A program made the translations under genes and the position numbers. A stretch of DNA of 64,000 nt from positions 32,001 through 96,000 of IMG/VR virus record IMGVR_UViG_3300031853_000002. One strand, written 5' to 3'. Positions 12,062-25,900 of the stretch are shown piece by piece (position 1 is the stretch's first letter; the number at the start of each line of letters is the position of its first letter). Origin of the DNA: a virus (taxonomy: Duplodnaviria; Caudoviricetes). The notes under the pieces are model-generated. The model was not told the origin of the DNA. It did not search any database and was given only the letters and a program-made list of their open reading frames with translations.

Positions 12062-15000
12062 ATACAAGTTTAGGCTATTCTAAGAAGACTCTAACCAATA
12101 GCAACGTCCTTCTTTCTGGAGGAGGAGATAAGGCTCTTAGTGAATTTATAGGAAGCCTTAATTGGGATTCTACTAATAAAAAGTTACAATATAAAAGTGC
12201 TTCAAGTACTAATTTTACAGATTTAATTACCTTTGGCAGTAATGCTTTTAATTCTACTTCATATCTTCCTTTAAGTGGAGGAACTTTGTCAGGAGATCTT
12301 ACAATAAAGGCTGGATTAAACTTAAAGACAAAAAGTTCATCATCATTAGAAAATCCAAATTAGGATTTATCTATAAGAGCTTTTGGTTATAAAAGTTCAG
12401 ATGATACTGTAATATCTTGGAAATTTTATTCATGGTAGGGAACAAATGAAAATCCTGCGGGAATTGGATATATGCCTATTGTTTTTGGTGCGGCTCATCC
12501 AAATTATAATGGATTAGTATTTACTGGAACTAATAGTTATTCTGGTACTACTTACAGTAATTATTGGGGTATAAATACAAGTAATCCTCAATACTTATTA
12601 GATGTTAATGGTTCTATTAATGGAACTTCAATCTATCTAAATGGAACTGCTTTGGGTACAGCTTCTACTCACGCTCATGGAGATTATGTTACTGCTATTG
12701 GTACAAATGGAAATACATTAACTTGGAGTAAAGGTGGGACAGCACAAACCGCTATTACTGTTCCTTATGCAACTAATGCTGATAAAGTAGATGGTTATCA
12801 TGCAAATGCAATTGAAAATATATATTATGGTGCCTGGTGTGTTGGAGCAAATTCGGGAACTTATTATGGAAAAGTTGCAGAATTTAAGTAGGTAGGTACT
12901 GGTACAGTAGATGTATCAGCAACTTTCTTAATTTCTAAGTATACATCATCGAATATAGCAGGTTCAGTAAATATACTTAATGTAAAAGCTAGAGGTGATA
13001 ATGTATCAAATGTAACTTGTAAAGCAACATGGGCATTATGTACTGACAGTACAATACCAATAACAATAACTAGTATAAGTAATGATAATACTTATTATAT
13101 AAGAATTTATTTTAAATCTACTGGTTGGGGTCCAACTTATGGATGTAAACTTCTAAATTCACATAAATGGACTACTCCTACTATAACTAGTTGGACTTTA
13201 TATACAGGTTAGAAACTTTCTTCAACTACTATTCAATATTTTACAGATATTCCAGTATCTGAAACAGTAATACCTATATCTGTGTCAAATATAGGAGTCA
13301 TTAATAATGCTACAACTATCGGTAGCGATTTAACTACTATAGCTACTGTTTCTGGAGTTGATATAACTGCAAAGATAGGTTCTTATGCTGCTTCTGATCA
13401 TACTCATTCTGTTAAAATTAATGGTTCTACTAAAACTATAGCTGCGCCTGAAGGAACTGCTGTTGATTTAGGTAGTTATCTTCCACTTGCTGGAGGCACG
13501 ATGGCAGGAAATATTGTACTGGGCACAAACTCCATAATTTTTGGTCAAAGCCCATCAAGCACTTGGAATGTTGGTGCAAACAGTGGAATACAGATACTGA
13601 ATACTGTAGGAGCTTCAGCTACTGGCGCTCCTGGAAGCTATTATAGCGGTTTATCTGTTAGTGGATATTATGGATTCCAATTAGCAGCATATGGTGATGG
13701 CGGTAGTCTGTTATTCAGAAACACGGAAAGAAACGATTTTACTTCTGGATGGGTAACGATTATAGACTCTTCCACAATAGGTTCTCAATCTGTAAACTAT
13801 GCAAATAGTGCAGGTAATGCAGATACCCTTGATGGTTATCATGCATCAAATTTGAAAACTGTTATAAGGAATTCTAAACTCCTAACAGTTGCCTCGAGTG
13901 GAGCAGGATGGTATCGAATACTTGATTGTACCAATTCCAGTATGACCTTCTTAATTACATTTTATGGAGGATATAATCACTGTCCACCTACTCCAGTTAC
14001 TTTCTTGGTATCTCATTCATATAATACTACTACAATATCTCAGATAGGTAAATGTGCTTACACAGGATGGATTACTTCATTAAGAGCAGTTCATCATGAT
14101 ACTTATAAATTCTATATAGATGTTTATTTTGCTGTAAGTGGAGGGAGTAGTGCAGGAAATACAGTTGCATTTGAAGTCACTCCATTAGATGATCGCTACA
14201 CTTCATATACTCTAATTGATTATACAAAACAGTCTACAGGAGACGGTGATGCCAAGTGTAATACTTCAACTAACTTCAATGTAGATTATGCATCTTCAGC
14301 AGGTAATGCAGATACCCTTGATGGTTATCATGCATCAGATATTGCAAGATTCTATCTATCTCCCATGACCAGTGGGGCACCAGCAGATTCTGCTAAGTCC
14401 TGGTTTATTAATACTATGCCATCTGATTCAGGTGCTATAGTATATAATGTTCCAGGATCAGAAAAAACAATTATTGCAGGTAAGTCTTCTAGCTCTTGTG
14501 GACATATGTTACAACTTAATTATGAAGATACTTATCTTAGAATACTTAGATATATGGCTGGAAGTTGGCAGTCAACTGATTGGGAAAAAATAAGTGCTGG
14601 GTATGCAGATTCTGCAGGTTCTGTTTCATGGTCAAATGTGACTGGAGGAGTATGTAATAGTGGTCAATTTTGTTTTAGTAAGACAGATGATCATGCAATT
14701 CAAGTGGGAAATATTAGAGGATATGGATCAAATGGGCAATCTGGCGAATATATACATATATATGAACGTGTACACATAGGCTCTCCGGTAGGATGGGGAA
14801 CTAGACCTGCTCCGTCTTACGGTTTGTCTACCTATGGAGGCTGTTGGTTAGCTACAGATATAGGTAATGTTGGTATTGGCACTACTTCTCCTTCTACAAA
14901 ACTTCACGTTTAGGGAAGAACTTTAATACAATCTGATTTAGGTTATAATATATCAGATTGGGTAAATAAAGCTTAGCATGATGGAGCATTAGAAATAATG

Positions 15001-15450
15001 CGAACTTCTAATGCAATGTGTTTAACTATGGGAGTAAGTAATGATAATTATGGGTATATACAAGTTAAAGGAGGGGGTATAACTACTCCAGGAAATTTAG
15101 TAATTCTACCTGGAGGTGGTAGTGTACATATTGGTAATGCTTCTCCTGTTACTAGTTATATGCTAAATGTAGCTGGAAATTGTGCAGCAACTAACTTCTA
15201 CACCACTTCTGATGCACGAAAGAAACAAAATATTTCCATATTCTCAGAACATATCCGTAAATTCCAATTAAAAGATACAGGAAAATGGTATTATGGAGTT
15301 ATTGCTCAAGAAGTTCCAGAAATATTTAGAAATGGAGAAGAAGGTAATATGACAGTCAATTATAATTCTGTACTTAGCTATTATGTAGGTGTGCTAGAAA
15401 ATAAGATAAAGCAATTAGAATAGAAAATTAAATATTTAGAAAACAAGTAA
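12058..15450 (+). CDS. Tail fibre/spike with C-terminal intramolecular chaperone (peptidase S74-like), ~1130 aa
   Basis: Joins ORFs 12058, 12472, 13282 and 14998. YLPLSGGTLSG and GNVGIGTTSPSTKLHV motifs; TTSDARKKQNI, YGVIAQEV and VNYN chaperone motifs; coiled-coil end. Confidence 0.88.
13810..14337 (+). repeat. Exact 39-bp direct repeat (13810-13848 and 14299-14337) inside tail fibre gene
   Basis: gcaggtaatgcagatacccttgatggttatcatgcatca occurs twice (AGNADTLDGYHAS); 15-bp partial copy at 12790-12804. Confidence 0.95.
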
Positions 15451-15453
15451 ATT

Positions 15454-16278
15454 ATGGCAACACCTATTGCAAGTAATCAATTAATAACTCCTAGAGATCT
15501 AGCATAGGAAGGAATATGGACTAATCCTGATGATGATTTTTTAGATATGCGAGATGTTTCTAATGTTAATACTGTAGCTTAGACTATAGCTACTAAGGCT
15601 TGGGGAAGTTCCTCCAACTATAATACTAGAATAATGACCAAGCAGCACATTATTGATACTGGAATAGTCGAATAGAGTAATATATCTGGATATTCTACAA
15701 ATCAATGTCCTCCATTTGAACCAATATATAACTCTACTAATTCACACTATGAAGACTTTCCAGCATTAAATTGGGGATCTGCATATTTAAATACTGGATA
15801 TCCTAATTATGGTTATGTAGACATTTATTTATATAGTCCTTATTATAGATTATGGTCTTGGAATACTTCTAGAGAGGATTTTAAGCTTAATTTAATATGT
15901 TGGAATGGGGCTAATCCAGCTACGGGAGTAAAAAATTGCTATATAGGAAATGGACTTGGAGATGATAATGAAACTCTAGGAGAATTTACAGATTCAAGAT
16001 ATCATTTTAAAGTACTAGATTGGGATGGCAATTGGGCTCATTTGGCTAATGTTCCATGGTATGACAATGCTACAATACCTACAAGTAGTTGCTATTTAAC
16101 ACTTGCTACTGTAGGTACTTATGGGATGTTTTTTGATAGAGCAAATGAATGTGTGTCCTATAGTACTCCAACATATAGTGCAGCGTTAACCGCTTTAGCT
16201 AATGGAACTTCTATATATATATTAGATTAGAAAAAATTAAGTTATAATGGACAAAGGGTATCTCTTTATATATCATGA
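15454..16278 (+). CDS. Hypothetical protein, ~274 aa (code 15)
   Basis: attATG start, includes ORF 16042, ends TGA overlapping ATG 16275. Confidence 0.75.
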
Positions 16279-16583
16279 ATTCTATTCTTACAAAATTTGT
16301 CAGTAATACTTATGACTAGATAGGTGAATATGGGTTCACTGGGACTTTATTAATAAATAGTAGTTTTAAAAATAATTCTATACAAGGGATTATATCTAAG
16401 AATGGAATAGACGCAGGACATATATCTATAGATATTAATTTTAACAATAATAGGATAACTAAAAAGGAACATGATATAGATTATAATTTGATTCCTAAAG
16501 AAATAATTAATTAGTTTATAGATAGATTCATTGCGGAAGTAAATAGATAGCATGCAGCTTATATTGCAGCTTTAAATTCTTAA
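16275..16583 (+). CDS. Hypothetical protein, 102 aa (3 in-frame TAG)
   Basis: ATGA-coupled start, open to TAA 16581-16583; absent from the ORF track. Confidence 0.7.
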
Positions 16584-16598
16584 AAATAGTTAATAGTC

Positions 16599-16629
16599 TT
16601 TGAAAATATTAGAATTTTAGATATCTTTA
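16599..16629 (+). promoter_or_regulatory. Putative Bacteroidota sigma-A-like promoter
   Basis: TTTG-N19-TATCTTTA upstream of ATG 16656. Confidence 0.5.
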
Positions 16630-16655
16630 TTAAGAATTAATTAACAATAAATATT

Positions 16656-16937
16656 ATGACTTTTACAAGTAAATCAACGTCTTACAGTGTGAGTACTGAG
16701 TCTGAGTCATTCAAATTAGTAGGTAATATGTCTGCTAATGAAAATGCTTTAATTAGGGACTTTAATGGTACTATTCAAAATTTAGATGGAACATATCTTG
16801 CAAGCTTCTTTTATGGAGAGAACGAAACAGGAAAGTGTAATAAGAGTATTAACGATGCTCCTAAGGAACAATTTGCAGATATTGACAACTTTTTAGATGC
16901 AGCTATTGTAGAATTAAAATCTGAACTTCCAGAGTAA
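16656..16937 (+). CDS. Hypothetical protein, 93 aa (no TAG)
   Basis: Complete ORF in the standard code with an AT-rich leader. Confidence 0.8.
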   Translation: MTFTSKSTSYSVSTESESFKLVGNMSANENALIRDFNGTIQNLDGTYLASFFYGENETGKCNKSINDAPKEQFADIDNFLDAAIVELKSELPE

Positions 16938-16952
16938 TAATGTTAATGATTT

Positions 16953-17405
16953 ATGACAACAAATGAGGCTTTAATTAGACAAAATTTTATTAGTAAAATT
17001 CTTCTTAAAAAGGATGATAATGAACTCTCTAAATCTTTAAAGGTAAAGATAATGCAAATGAGAATTAAGCTGGCTAAAGTCAGAAAAGAGTTTGATGAAG
17101 ATGTACAAGAAGCAGTTAAAGGCTTCACTCCAGAGGGTTATTCTGAAATAGCTCAAAAGGCAGAGAAAACCGAGGAAGAGACCAAAAAACTAGAAGATTG
17201 GAACAAACAAATTCAAGAAGAATATAATGAGTTTGTTGTAAAGAGAGGTCAAGACGAAGTATTGGTAGATACAAAACTTACTGAGGATGAATATAATGAA
17301 ATCCTTGAAGTTAATGCTGCTAATGACGTTGAAATTAATGGTCAAAAAATTAATGCTGCTGACTTCTTAGAAATTCTTTATACATTATTTGTTGAAGAAG
17401 ACTAA
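16953..17405 (+). CDS. Acidic coiled-coil hypothetical protein, 150 aa (no TAG)
   Basis: Complete ORF, E/K-rich, followed by a terminator. Confidence 0.85.
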   Translation: MTTNEALIRQNFISKILLKKDDNELSKSLKVKIMQMRIKLAKVRKEFDEDVQEAVKGFTPEGYSEIAQKAEKTEEETKKLEDWNKQIQEEYNEFVVKRGQDEVLVDTKLTEDEYNEILEVNAANDVEINGQKINAADFLEILYTLFVEED

Positions 17406-17408
17406 TAT

Positions 17409-17438
17409 AAAGGCGGGCAGAAATGTCCGCCTTTCTTT
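17409..17438 (+). terminator. Rho-independent terminator
   Basis: aaaggcgggca-gaaa-tgtccgccttt hairpin followed by ctttatt. Confidence 0.85.
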
Positions 17439-17443
17439 ATTAT

Positions 17444-20400
17444 ATGAATAAATTTATAGAAATTATTTCCGAGTTGAGACCTAAGAACGGTCAAAACTTT
17501 GCTATAGCGGATGTAAATAATTTACGTGGTGGTTATATACAAGCAACCACTATTGCTGAAAGAGATGCCTTTCTACTTACAAACAAACTAAAGTATGGAA
17601 TGCTTTGTTATGTTAAAGAAGTACCTAATGATACTCATATGTTTATATATAGAGGTAATCAATGGGAAATATGGGAAGGACAAGGAGGTTCTGGAGGAGG
17701 AGGTTTATCTCTAGTTGTTGTTGATGATCTAGAAGAATTAGAAACCAAAACTGCATTACAAATGAGAGGTCAAATAGTCTATATAAATAGTCTTGATGAC
17801 CTACGTTTTTGGAATGGATAGTATTGGGAATCATTTAGAAAAATTTACATATAGAATACTCCTCCGGATGATAAAGGTGGAATATGGATTGATACTTCTG
17901 AGGAGGGTTATCAATCTTCCTCAGATATTATTCAAGATATGCTGAGGGTAATTAATATCCTATAGCAAAAAGTTTAGAAACTAGAATATATGAGGACTGA
18001 GATTGATCCAGGTGATTTTACAAATAGTATGTATACATCATAGGATGAAAAACCTTCAGAGGAACCTCACTATGGTACTTCACTAGAAGAAGATAATGAA
18101 ACACAATAGAATAATTCTCAATTTGAATTATCTGAATCGCCTGAACCTGAATACTTAAATGATGAGTACTCTCCGAATACTAAATGTTTAAAGGTTAAGA
18201 GTGGTACTCAAACTTATATGAAAAACCATTCAGATGATTTTGCTGAGAGAGAATTACTATGGTGTTATGATACTCAAACTTTATGGATTAAAGACCCAAA
18301 AACTTTACAATTAATAAAAATTGGAGCTACTGGTGGTGGCTCTGATGAACCTATTATAGACGATACTATGGATGGAATAATTCAAGAAACAATTAGTAAT
18401 TATAAGAGAATCACTGGTATTGAGTTTGTTGACATGATGAATAGTAACAATCTTTATGTTCTTAGAGTAAAGAACGGTGATCTTACTTTAATAGATAAAT
18501 CACACAATGTACTTAAAACAGAATAGAAAGTACTTTCTTCTGGATTATATAGTCCGTTATATTATCCTTTAAGTGAACATTCTTCAGTTGAAAGTCCATT
18601 CGTGTATATAAATATGGTATATTGTGGAGGTGACTCTAATAAATATAGTTACAATCCTGTATCCCATAGTTTTATAGAATTGTGTAATATTTCTACTCAA
18701 GATCTTAATCTTAATGGCCTTTACTTACATTATTCTGAAGGTTCTGCAGGAGTGAATGGACGTCAATGGATAACTCTTCCACTTACTGGACATATTCCAG
18801 CTGGCAGTACTTTCTTAATAAGATGTGCTCCTTGTTCTGTATATGACTCTAATACTACTATTTTACGTATTGGAGAACCTGATATGGAATGGAAATATAC
18901 AGATACTAAAAATCCAGAAGTACTTGAACAAGCTGCAACAAACGAAACTCCTGCACATTCAGTATGGGATGAAAATAAACTTTTAAAAATAGGATATTCA
19001 TGTTCTATTTATTTAAGTGGAGGACTTGAAGATGTAGATCAAGAAGATTACTCAGCTTAGATGGCTACTCCATTTGATAATAAAGTTCTTACTACTACAT
19101 AGTTATTTAATGCAGGAAACGTAGCCAAATACTTTATAGATTTACTTGGAATAGGTGAGGGAATGGAAGCTTGTGGTAATCCATTTAATAATGTAAGAGA
19201 AGGACTTACACCTAATAATTGTCTTATTTTTAGATACTTTAATATGGATCCTGTTAAATAGGCACTAAAAGCACCTTCTGCATTAGACAACAGTGCTAAC
19301 TTGCAATGGACATATTTTAATTTAGCTAATATAGCTCCACAAGTAAATATACAAGACTACAAACCTTGTAATTCTAAAGAAGGCAAGAGCTTATTCTTTA
19401 ATAAGGCTAAACTTGTTGAAGGGCCTAATGCAGTTACTTGCTCATTTGGATGGAACGCACATACAACACGCTGTTTTAATTGGATTTCTAAAGGATACTA
19501 TGATGAATTTATAAAGATTTGGTTAGATGGAACAGAAGAGTCTGGAGCAATAGTATATGAGTCCTTTAAAGAAGGAGATAATCGTGATGGTAATGGTCGT
19601 AATTGGGACAATCCTATCTATAATAGAATTAGGAATGTGTCCACCTCTGGAGAGGATTATACTGTTCATAAGTTTATACATGATTTTCCTGAGCCTGTAG
19701 ATACTTAGGTATATAACTATAGGGTTGGTAGAGATGGTTATTGGTCTGATACACACCAATTTACTATGAGAAATCGTGATAAAGTAATTGAAAGAGGATT
19801 CCAATTTGTACAAACCACAGACTAGCAGGGATTCCATGATGAAGAATATGAAACTTGGGGAGTTACTGCTGACTTTATAAAGTAGGATGCTCAGTTAAAT
19901 CCAGAAAATGCCTATGAATGGCAAATGAATACAGGAGACCAAACACAAAATGGAAACAGACTTAATGAATGGCTTGCTTTTTATAGATGTGGTAAGAACT
20001 TCTATAGAAATATAGAACAAATGTTCACTATAGGAAATAATGACTTATGTTCTGCTGACCCTAAAGTTCTTGGTACAGGAGAAGATCTTAATAAAGTAAA
20101 TCCAGAAAACATTAACTTTTTCTTTACATTTGAATTTCCTTATGAATTACCAGAAGTAGATAGTAATAGTAAATATATTCCTTCTGTTTATTCATTTATA
20201 TATGGTGATACTTATTTCCTATGTATGAATTCAGAATTTACTCTTACTACACAACAAGATTTATATAATGTATCTAGTAGTTATAGTGCCGATGGAGATC
20301 CAACTGGGCCTACTGGTATTTATAGTATTATAAAACAATGGTGTGAAAATGATCTTACACATATAGATAACAAGATAAAATGGAGGGTAGCATTTACACA

Positions 20401-21322
20401 CGACAATCCATTTACATTACTTACTAAAGCATAGATTTATGGTACATCAAGTGGTGACACTGTAAAGTATAATTATCTTGGAGCTGATATGCAAACTGAA
20501 AACGTTTCATACAGTAGAGGAGGTTCACATCTTAATTCTGTAGGTAATTATTGGTTTAGTAAGTTTCTAGAAGATAATAACTTTAGACTATGTATTGGAG
20601 GACATAAACACACATATACATGTTCACGTCTTATGAGAGATAACCCAAATAACAGAATGAAGCCTTTTGTGTATGATCCAGAATATCATTTAGATAGTCA
20701 AGGATAGCCGGTATATCCAGCTTGGTATAGTAAAGTTGGTGATGCAAGAGATCATTTAATGCAATTTGGAGATTTACATGACGGACAAGGAAATGAACTT
20801 ACATATGTAAAATACGTAACATTACAAGCTACAGGATTTAAAACAACATCTAATAAGGAACTTCCTACAAGAAACATTCCTTGGTTGGAAGCTTATTATC
20901 CTGCTAATGGTGATGCTCCAACTAAAAATAGATTTAGTTCTGATAAAAAGAATGCAGGATAGAACTATCCACATTATATATTATGGAATATAGGTAGAGG
21001 AACCGAAGTGAAAGATCCAACAGGTTCTACAACAGAAAGACCTAGAATTCTTGGAAGAGTATTTAAGACTTAGCCTGTTACAAATAGAAAAAGTGGTTGG
21101 ACTTATTCTTACAATATTCCTTATACTTAGTTAGAAAAGATTCCTGGAAATGGATAGGATAATCCTTCTAATAATATAATTGTAGAATTAAGCTATGCTA
21201 CTGATTCTAGTTCTGAGCCAGAGCATGAAGATTCTTCCACAGAGAATAGTGTTTACTCAGTAGTAAATGCTGAATTAACAGGTAATAATGGTGATCAAGT
21301 AACTTTATTAAATAGTAATTAA
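17444..21322 (+). CDS. Large protein with lamin-tail-like domain and purple-acid-phosphatase-type metallophosphoesterase domain, ~1292 aa (code 15)
   Basis: Joins seven ORF fragments. YINMVY..HSFIELCN..LNGLYLHY (LTD-like); metal-binding motifs TTDQQG (first Q=TAG 19823), NTGDQTQNG, IGNND, FTHDNPF, IGGHKHTY. Confidence 0.85.
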
Positions 21323-22938
21323 TGGCAGTAACTAAAATATTGGTGGACGGAGAGGAAGTACAAAGCCTCTCCACACCAGTTAGATATACGTTAAAAGGTA
21401 ACGGAAAACATAAAGTGCAATATGTAATGGACACTGATACAATTAAGGCTGAAGCCTTTAAAAATTGTGATATTGAGAAAATTACTATTCCACATACAAT
21501 AACAGAAATTAAGTAGGATGCCTTTAAAGATTCTGATATTACACAGGTGGTTCTACAAGGAACTTAGAAGAAAATACTAGCTGATGGGGTAATACCTCAA
21601 TAGGCTACACTTATAGCTAGTAAAGAAACAGTCGGATATTATAATAAATATAATGCTCAATCATAGGTAAGTAAAACAAATGATTTTGTATCAGATATTC
21701 CAGTAGGCTGTGTTCTTTATGAAAGAAGTAACGGTGAACTATATACTGCTGAATATGATAGTAATATAACTGATTTAGCCTTAGGAGTTTGTGTTATTCC
21801 TAAAGGATTATTTGATGAACATGCACATTTTATTTCTCTTGAAAATATTGTTTATGACAATACAGATGGACATGTAAAAAGTTGTGAAAATTACTATGAT
21901 GAATGGTGTATGTTTGCTCCAAGATTAACAGGAGGAGATGGATATCTTTGGCATCAAGATGATATTGAATGTTATTCACAAATTCCTTATTGTGGATTAC
22001 TTTATCATGTAGGAGAATATAATAATCCTATAGAATATAATACAATAGAAGAAATGCCAGACTTAGTCAGCACTAACAAGCCTTCTGGTAACATGAGCTA
22101 TACTGAAACTGTAGACTTTAAGTTTTCCTATGATATATTAAATGTTTATGATTGGAGTAGTAAAGGTACAACTCCATTTGTAGAATGTTGTCAGGATGGC
22201 AGTGCATCTACATATGTTCTTCCTGGAGGTATGAGTATGACTAATCCTTATTATAAAGGAAGTTATTATACACCTCAGACTGTATCAGTATAGGCTACAT
22301 CTGATCAATCAGACCATAAATATCGTTATGGTAGACATTATTACTCTCCATGTCCATATATGCAAGTAAGTGATAGTGATGATGTAACAGCTAATCCAAT
22401 TCTTCTTAAGGACTTGCCTCCTTCATCTTTAGTAGGAGATAGAGGAAATCCTTATAAGTTTTATGGATCTGCTAATGAATTCTTAATACCAAATATAATA
22501 AGCAAGTGTACAAAGCCAACAGTGAACACAAATGGGGATTATTATACTGTTTGGCAAATAGGAACTGCAGATGGAGGAACTCCTACATTCTTTCCTGCTC
22601 CATATTTATGTTATGAGTATGCTCCAGGAACTGGTGCAACTCAACATCAATGGGCATTAGGTACTCCTCTTGAATGGATATGTACATTTACAAAGATAGC
22701 TAAAATACAAAATATTCTAGGAAAGTTAAACTGTCCATTATTACCAAGTAAACCTGCAGACCTTGTACAATCTAGGAATTTTACTAGTTATACTGGATCT
22801 GGAGCTGGATGGTATTGGGGAGGATTAATGGTTAATGATGGAAATTGCTTCTTATTTGATGGAAATTCTCGTAGAGTTGAAAGTATGATAACAACTAATC
22901 AACCTAGATTATCAACAAGACCATTTATAGTAATATGA
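21322..22938 (+). CDS. BspA/LRR_5-containing protein, ~538 aa (code 15)
   Basis: TIKAEAFKNCDIEKITIPHTITEIKQDAFKDSDIT BspA-like repeats; joins ORFs 21322, 21910 and 22360; TAATG and ATGA coupling. Confidence 0.8.
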
Positions 22939-25900
22939 GTAAAATAAAACATTGGGATGAACGAACTCAATAGTGGGTTATTGACGGTGCATCCAATGCT
23001 GCTAATATTGAGCTTACCAATCCTGGTTTCTTAGACTAGGATGGTAACTCAATATCAGTAGACTAGGGATTCACTAAATTATAGAATAGATTATTTCAAA
23101 CAGAAAAGAATGTAGCCTGGATCTACCAAAATGGAGCCAAAGGTGGCAGTGGTGGAGGAGGCGGTGGAGGTATTGACTCAGTATCTTACTCTATAGAAAT
23201 AGAAGAAGGTAATAGAGTTTATACATCCTCAAGTTCTGTGACTATACATATTACAATTACAGGAGGAAGTGTAAAGAAAAACTTCAATGTAATAGTTAAT
23301 GATGAAAATGGAAATACTAAAGGAAGTTATGTTATAACTAGTTTAACTCGTTCAGAAATAACAATTAATAATCTTACTAACTCTACTAATAGACTTACTA
23401 TAAGTGCTAATTCTGGACAAAACTATGCTACTCCAACAACTATTACTATTATAGCAGGAGCTATTAAACTTACATAGACTAGTGTTCCTAATAGCACAAT
23501 TTACCCATAGAATCCAGTTGGAAACACAGTACTTACTGCTTAGAATAGTACTGATAGTAATCTTAATATAACTGTTTTATGTAATGGTCAATAGATAGAT
23601 AATTTTGATATACAACAAGCTAAAGAAACTCAATTTAGAGTAGATTCAATAACAACCTTTTTAGAGGAAGCAAAAAATACATCCATAGGAGAAACATTTA
23701 CATTTGAAATATATGCTATAGGTGTTCTTAATGACAATATATTACGTTCTGAAAGTGTAATATTTAGTTGTGCAATTACACAACCCCTTGTATTATATAT
23801 ATTTACTTATGGAGTTGATAAAACAGTTCCAACTAATAATATAGAATTGGATAATCTTAATAAATTTGTATACGGAAATAGTATCCAATTTAATTATCAA
23901 CTTACATACTCTCAAATAGCTTTTTCTTATTATAATGTATATTATACAGTAACTCCTTGTTATTTTGAAGAAGGACAAATAATAGGTGATACATCTAGAG
24001 AAATATCAGGAGTTATAAATAAAGTTATTAAGGGTATCAATCAGTAGTTTTTATTTAATACTTCTTCTCTTCCTGATAATACTATATATAATCCAGATAA
24101 TAATCAATATAGATTTGTAAGAGTAACTTTACATGCTATATCTGTAGATTCTAATAAGCTTGAAGATACTGAAGTATTATACTTTACATTATAGGAAGCA
24201 ACTACTAAATATATAACAGCTACTAATCTTAATAATAGTTTATTTGCTTATTTCTCTCCAGTTATGGGAGTTCCTACTGGTAACATTACTACTTGGTAGT
24301 ATGATAATAAAAATACTAGATTTCCATATAGTAGTCAAGGAGTTATACAAGATCGCTATATTACTCTTCAAGGTCATAACTTGTCTGGTTTTATGTAGCA
24401 AACAGATATGCAGGGAATTCATTTACCTGGTAAATCTTATGTAGACTTAGAATTAGCTTTATTTAGTGAAAATGCCAATGAAGTGAATCTACTTGATGGT
24501 AATGGCTGGACTTTGTCTTTTACATTTAGAACTGACTCAAATGTGGATGGTTCAGATGTTGTGGTTAGTATGGGTAAATACAATGGAACTACTCTTACAG
24601 CTGGAATAGAAATAAGAGCTAATAGAGTTATATATGCTGTACAAACATCACAATATGGCTTAAACCTTACGAAAGGAGATGTTACTACTGTTGATATAGT
24701 TGGACAAAGATATGTAGGACCTGGAGATACAGAAAGGGCTCCTAATCATTGGTTTATTAAAACTTATGTAAATGGAGTACTTTCTCTTATTACATCACAT
24801 ACTCAATCTTAGATGTTTAACACTGATAATAGTGGTACATATGGATGGTATTTCAGTGATTATATACATCTAGGTGGACGTGTGATAAATGGAGAAGTAA
24901 CAGATGCTTGTTCTGTACATGTCTATGATTTTAAAGGCTATTCTACAGCTCTCTCTGATAATGAAATAATTCAAAATTATATATCATCTACTATATATAG
25001 TCAACTAGGTCCTAATGATAATCCAGATATGTCTTTATAGAATGAATTATTACAGAATAATTTCATTTAGATAGGAACTGATGGAAATTATCATAGTATT
25101 CTTTTTGATGAGAATGATGAAACAGAATATAAAGATGCTAATTCTTTATTAAATAGTCTTATAGGAGCATTAGCTGAATCACGTATACCTTATCCTATTG
25201 TTGTGGTAAATCAAATTAATGGAGATTCTAGATTCTTAGGAATTACAGAAGCTAAGTTTAATGAAGATCTTAAAAAAGATGTTATGGCTTTAAGATTTGC
25301 TATAAATATAGATTACTATACAATGGGTAATGCTACTCCAATTCGTATTGCTAATAATCTCGGTAATGGAATGAGTATTGGTATACAGGGTACTTCTTCT
25401 CTTAGATATAATAGCAAAAACTACGAAATTTATATGGGACAAGACGACGAGGGTAAAGATGTACTTGTTCAAATGAGAGAAGATTGGCTTCCTGAAAATA
25501 GATATACTCTTAAAGCTGATGTGATGGATTCTTCTCATGTTAATAATATTCTTATTGGTAGTATTGTTAATGGACTTGTAACTACTGAAGATGCTCAAGG
25601 GCAAACAGTAAAAGTAGTTCCAATGGATAATACTCCTCCAATGTCTAAGAGTGGATATTAGTATGCAAATAAAGTAAAACATACATCTGAGGGATATCCT
25701 TGTATCTTATTTATAAAATTTAAAGCTACTGGTAGTGATATAAGTACTTGTCATTGTATGGGTATTTATAACTTTAACTTAGGACGTTATGCTTACTATA
25801 ATCTAGGTCTTAAATTATTAAGTAGTATTACATATATTGATGAAACTGAAACTTATCCAAGAACTGTAGCTTCTTATACAGAGGAAACAGAAATAGAACC

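Noticed and set aside
13810-14337. CRISPR array or attachment sites
   Set aside because: Only two full copies, 489 bp apart, in frame inside a coding sequence; no integrase or cas gene in the window.
17423-17443. ATG 17423 as the gene start
   Set aside because: It lies within the terminator hairpin; ATG 17444 has the typical AT-rich leader.
22780-22938. Second DGR variable region at the end of gene 21322
   Set aside because: Ends in an RPF motif but shows normal adenine content and no similarity to 10921-11025.
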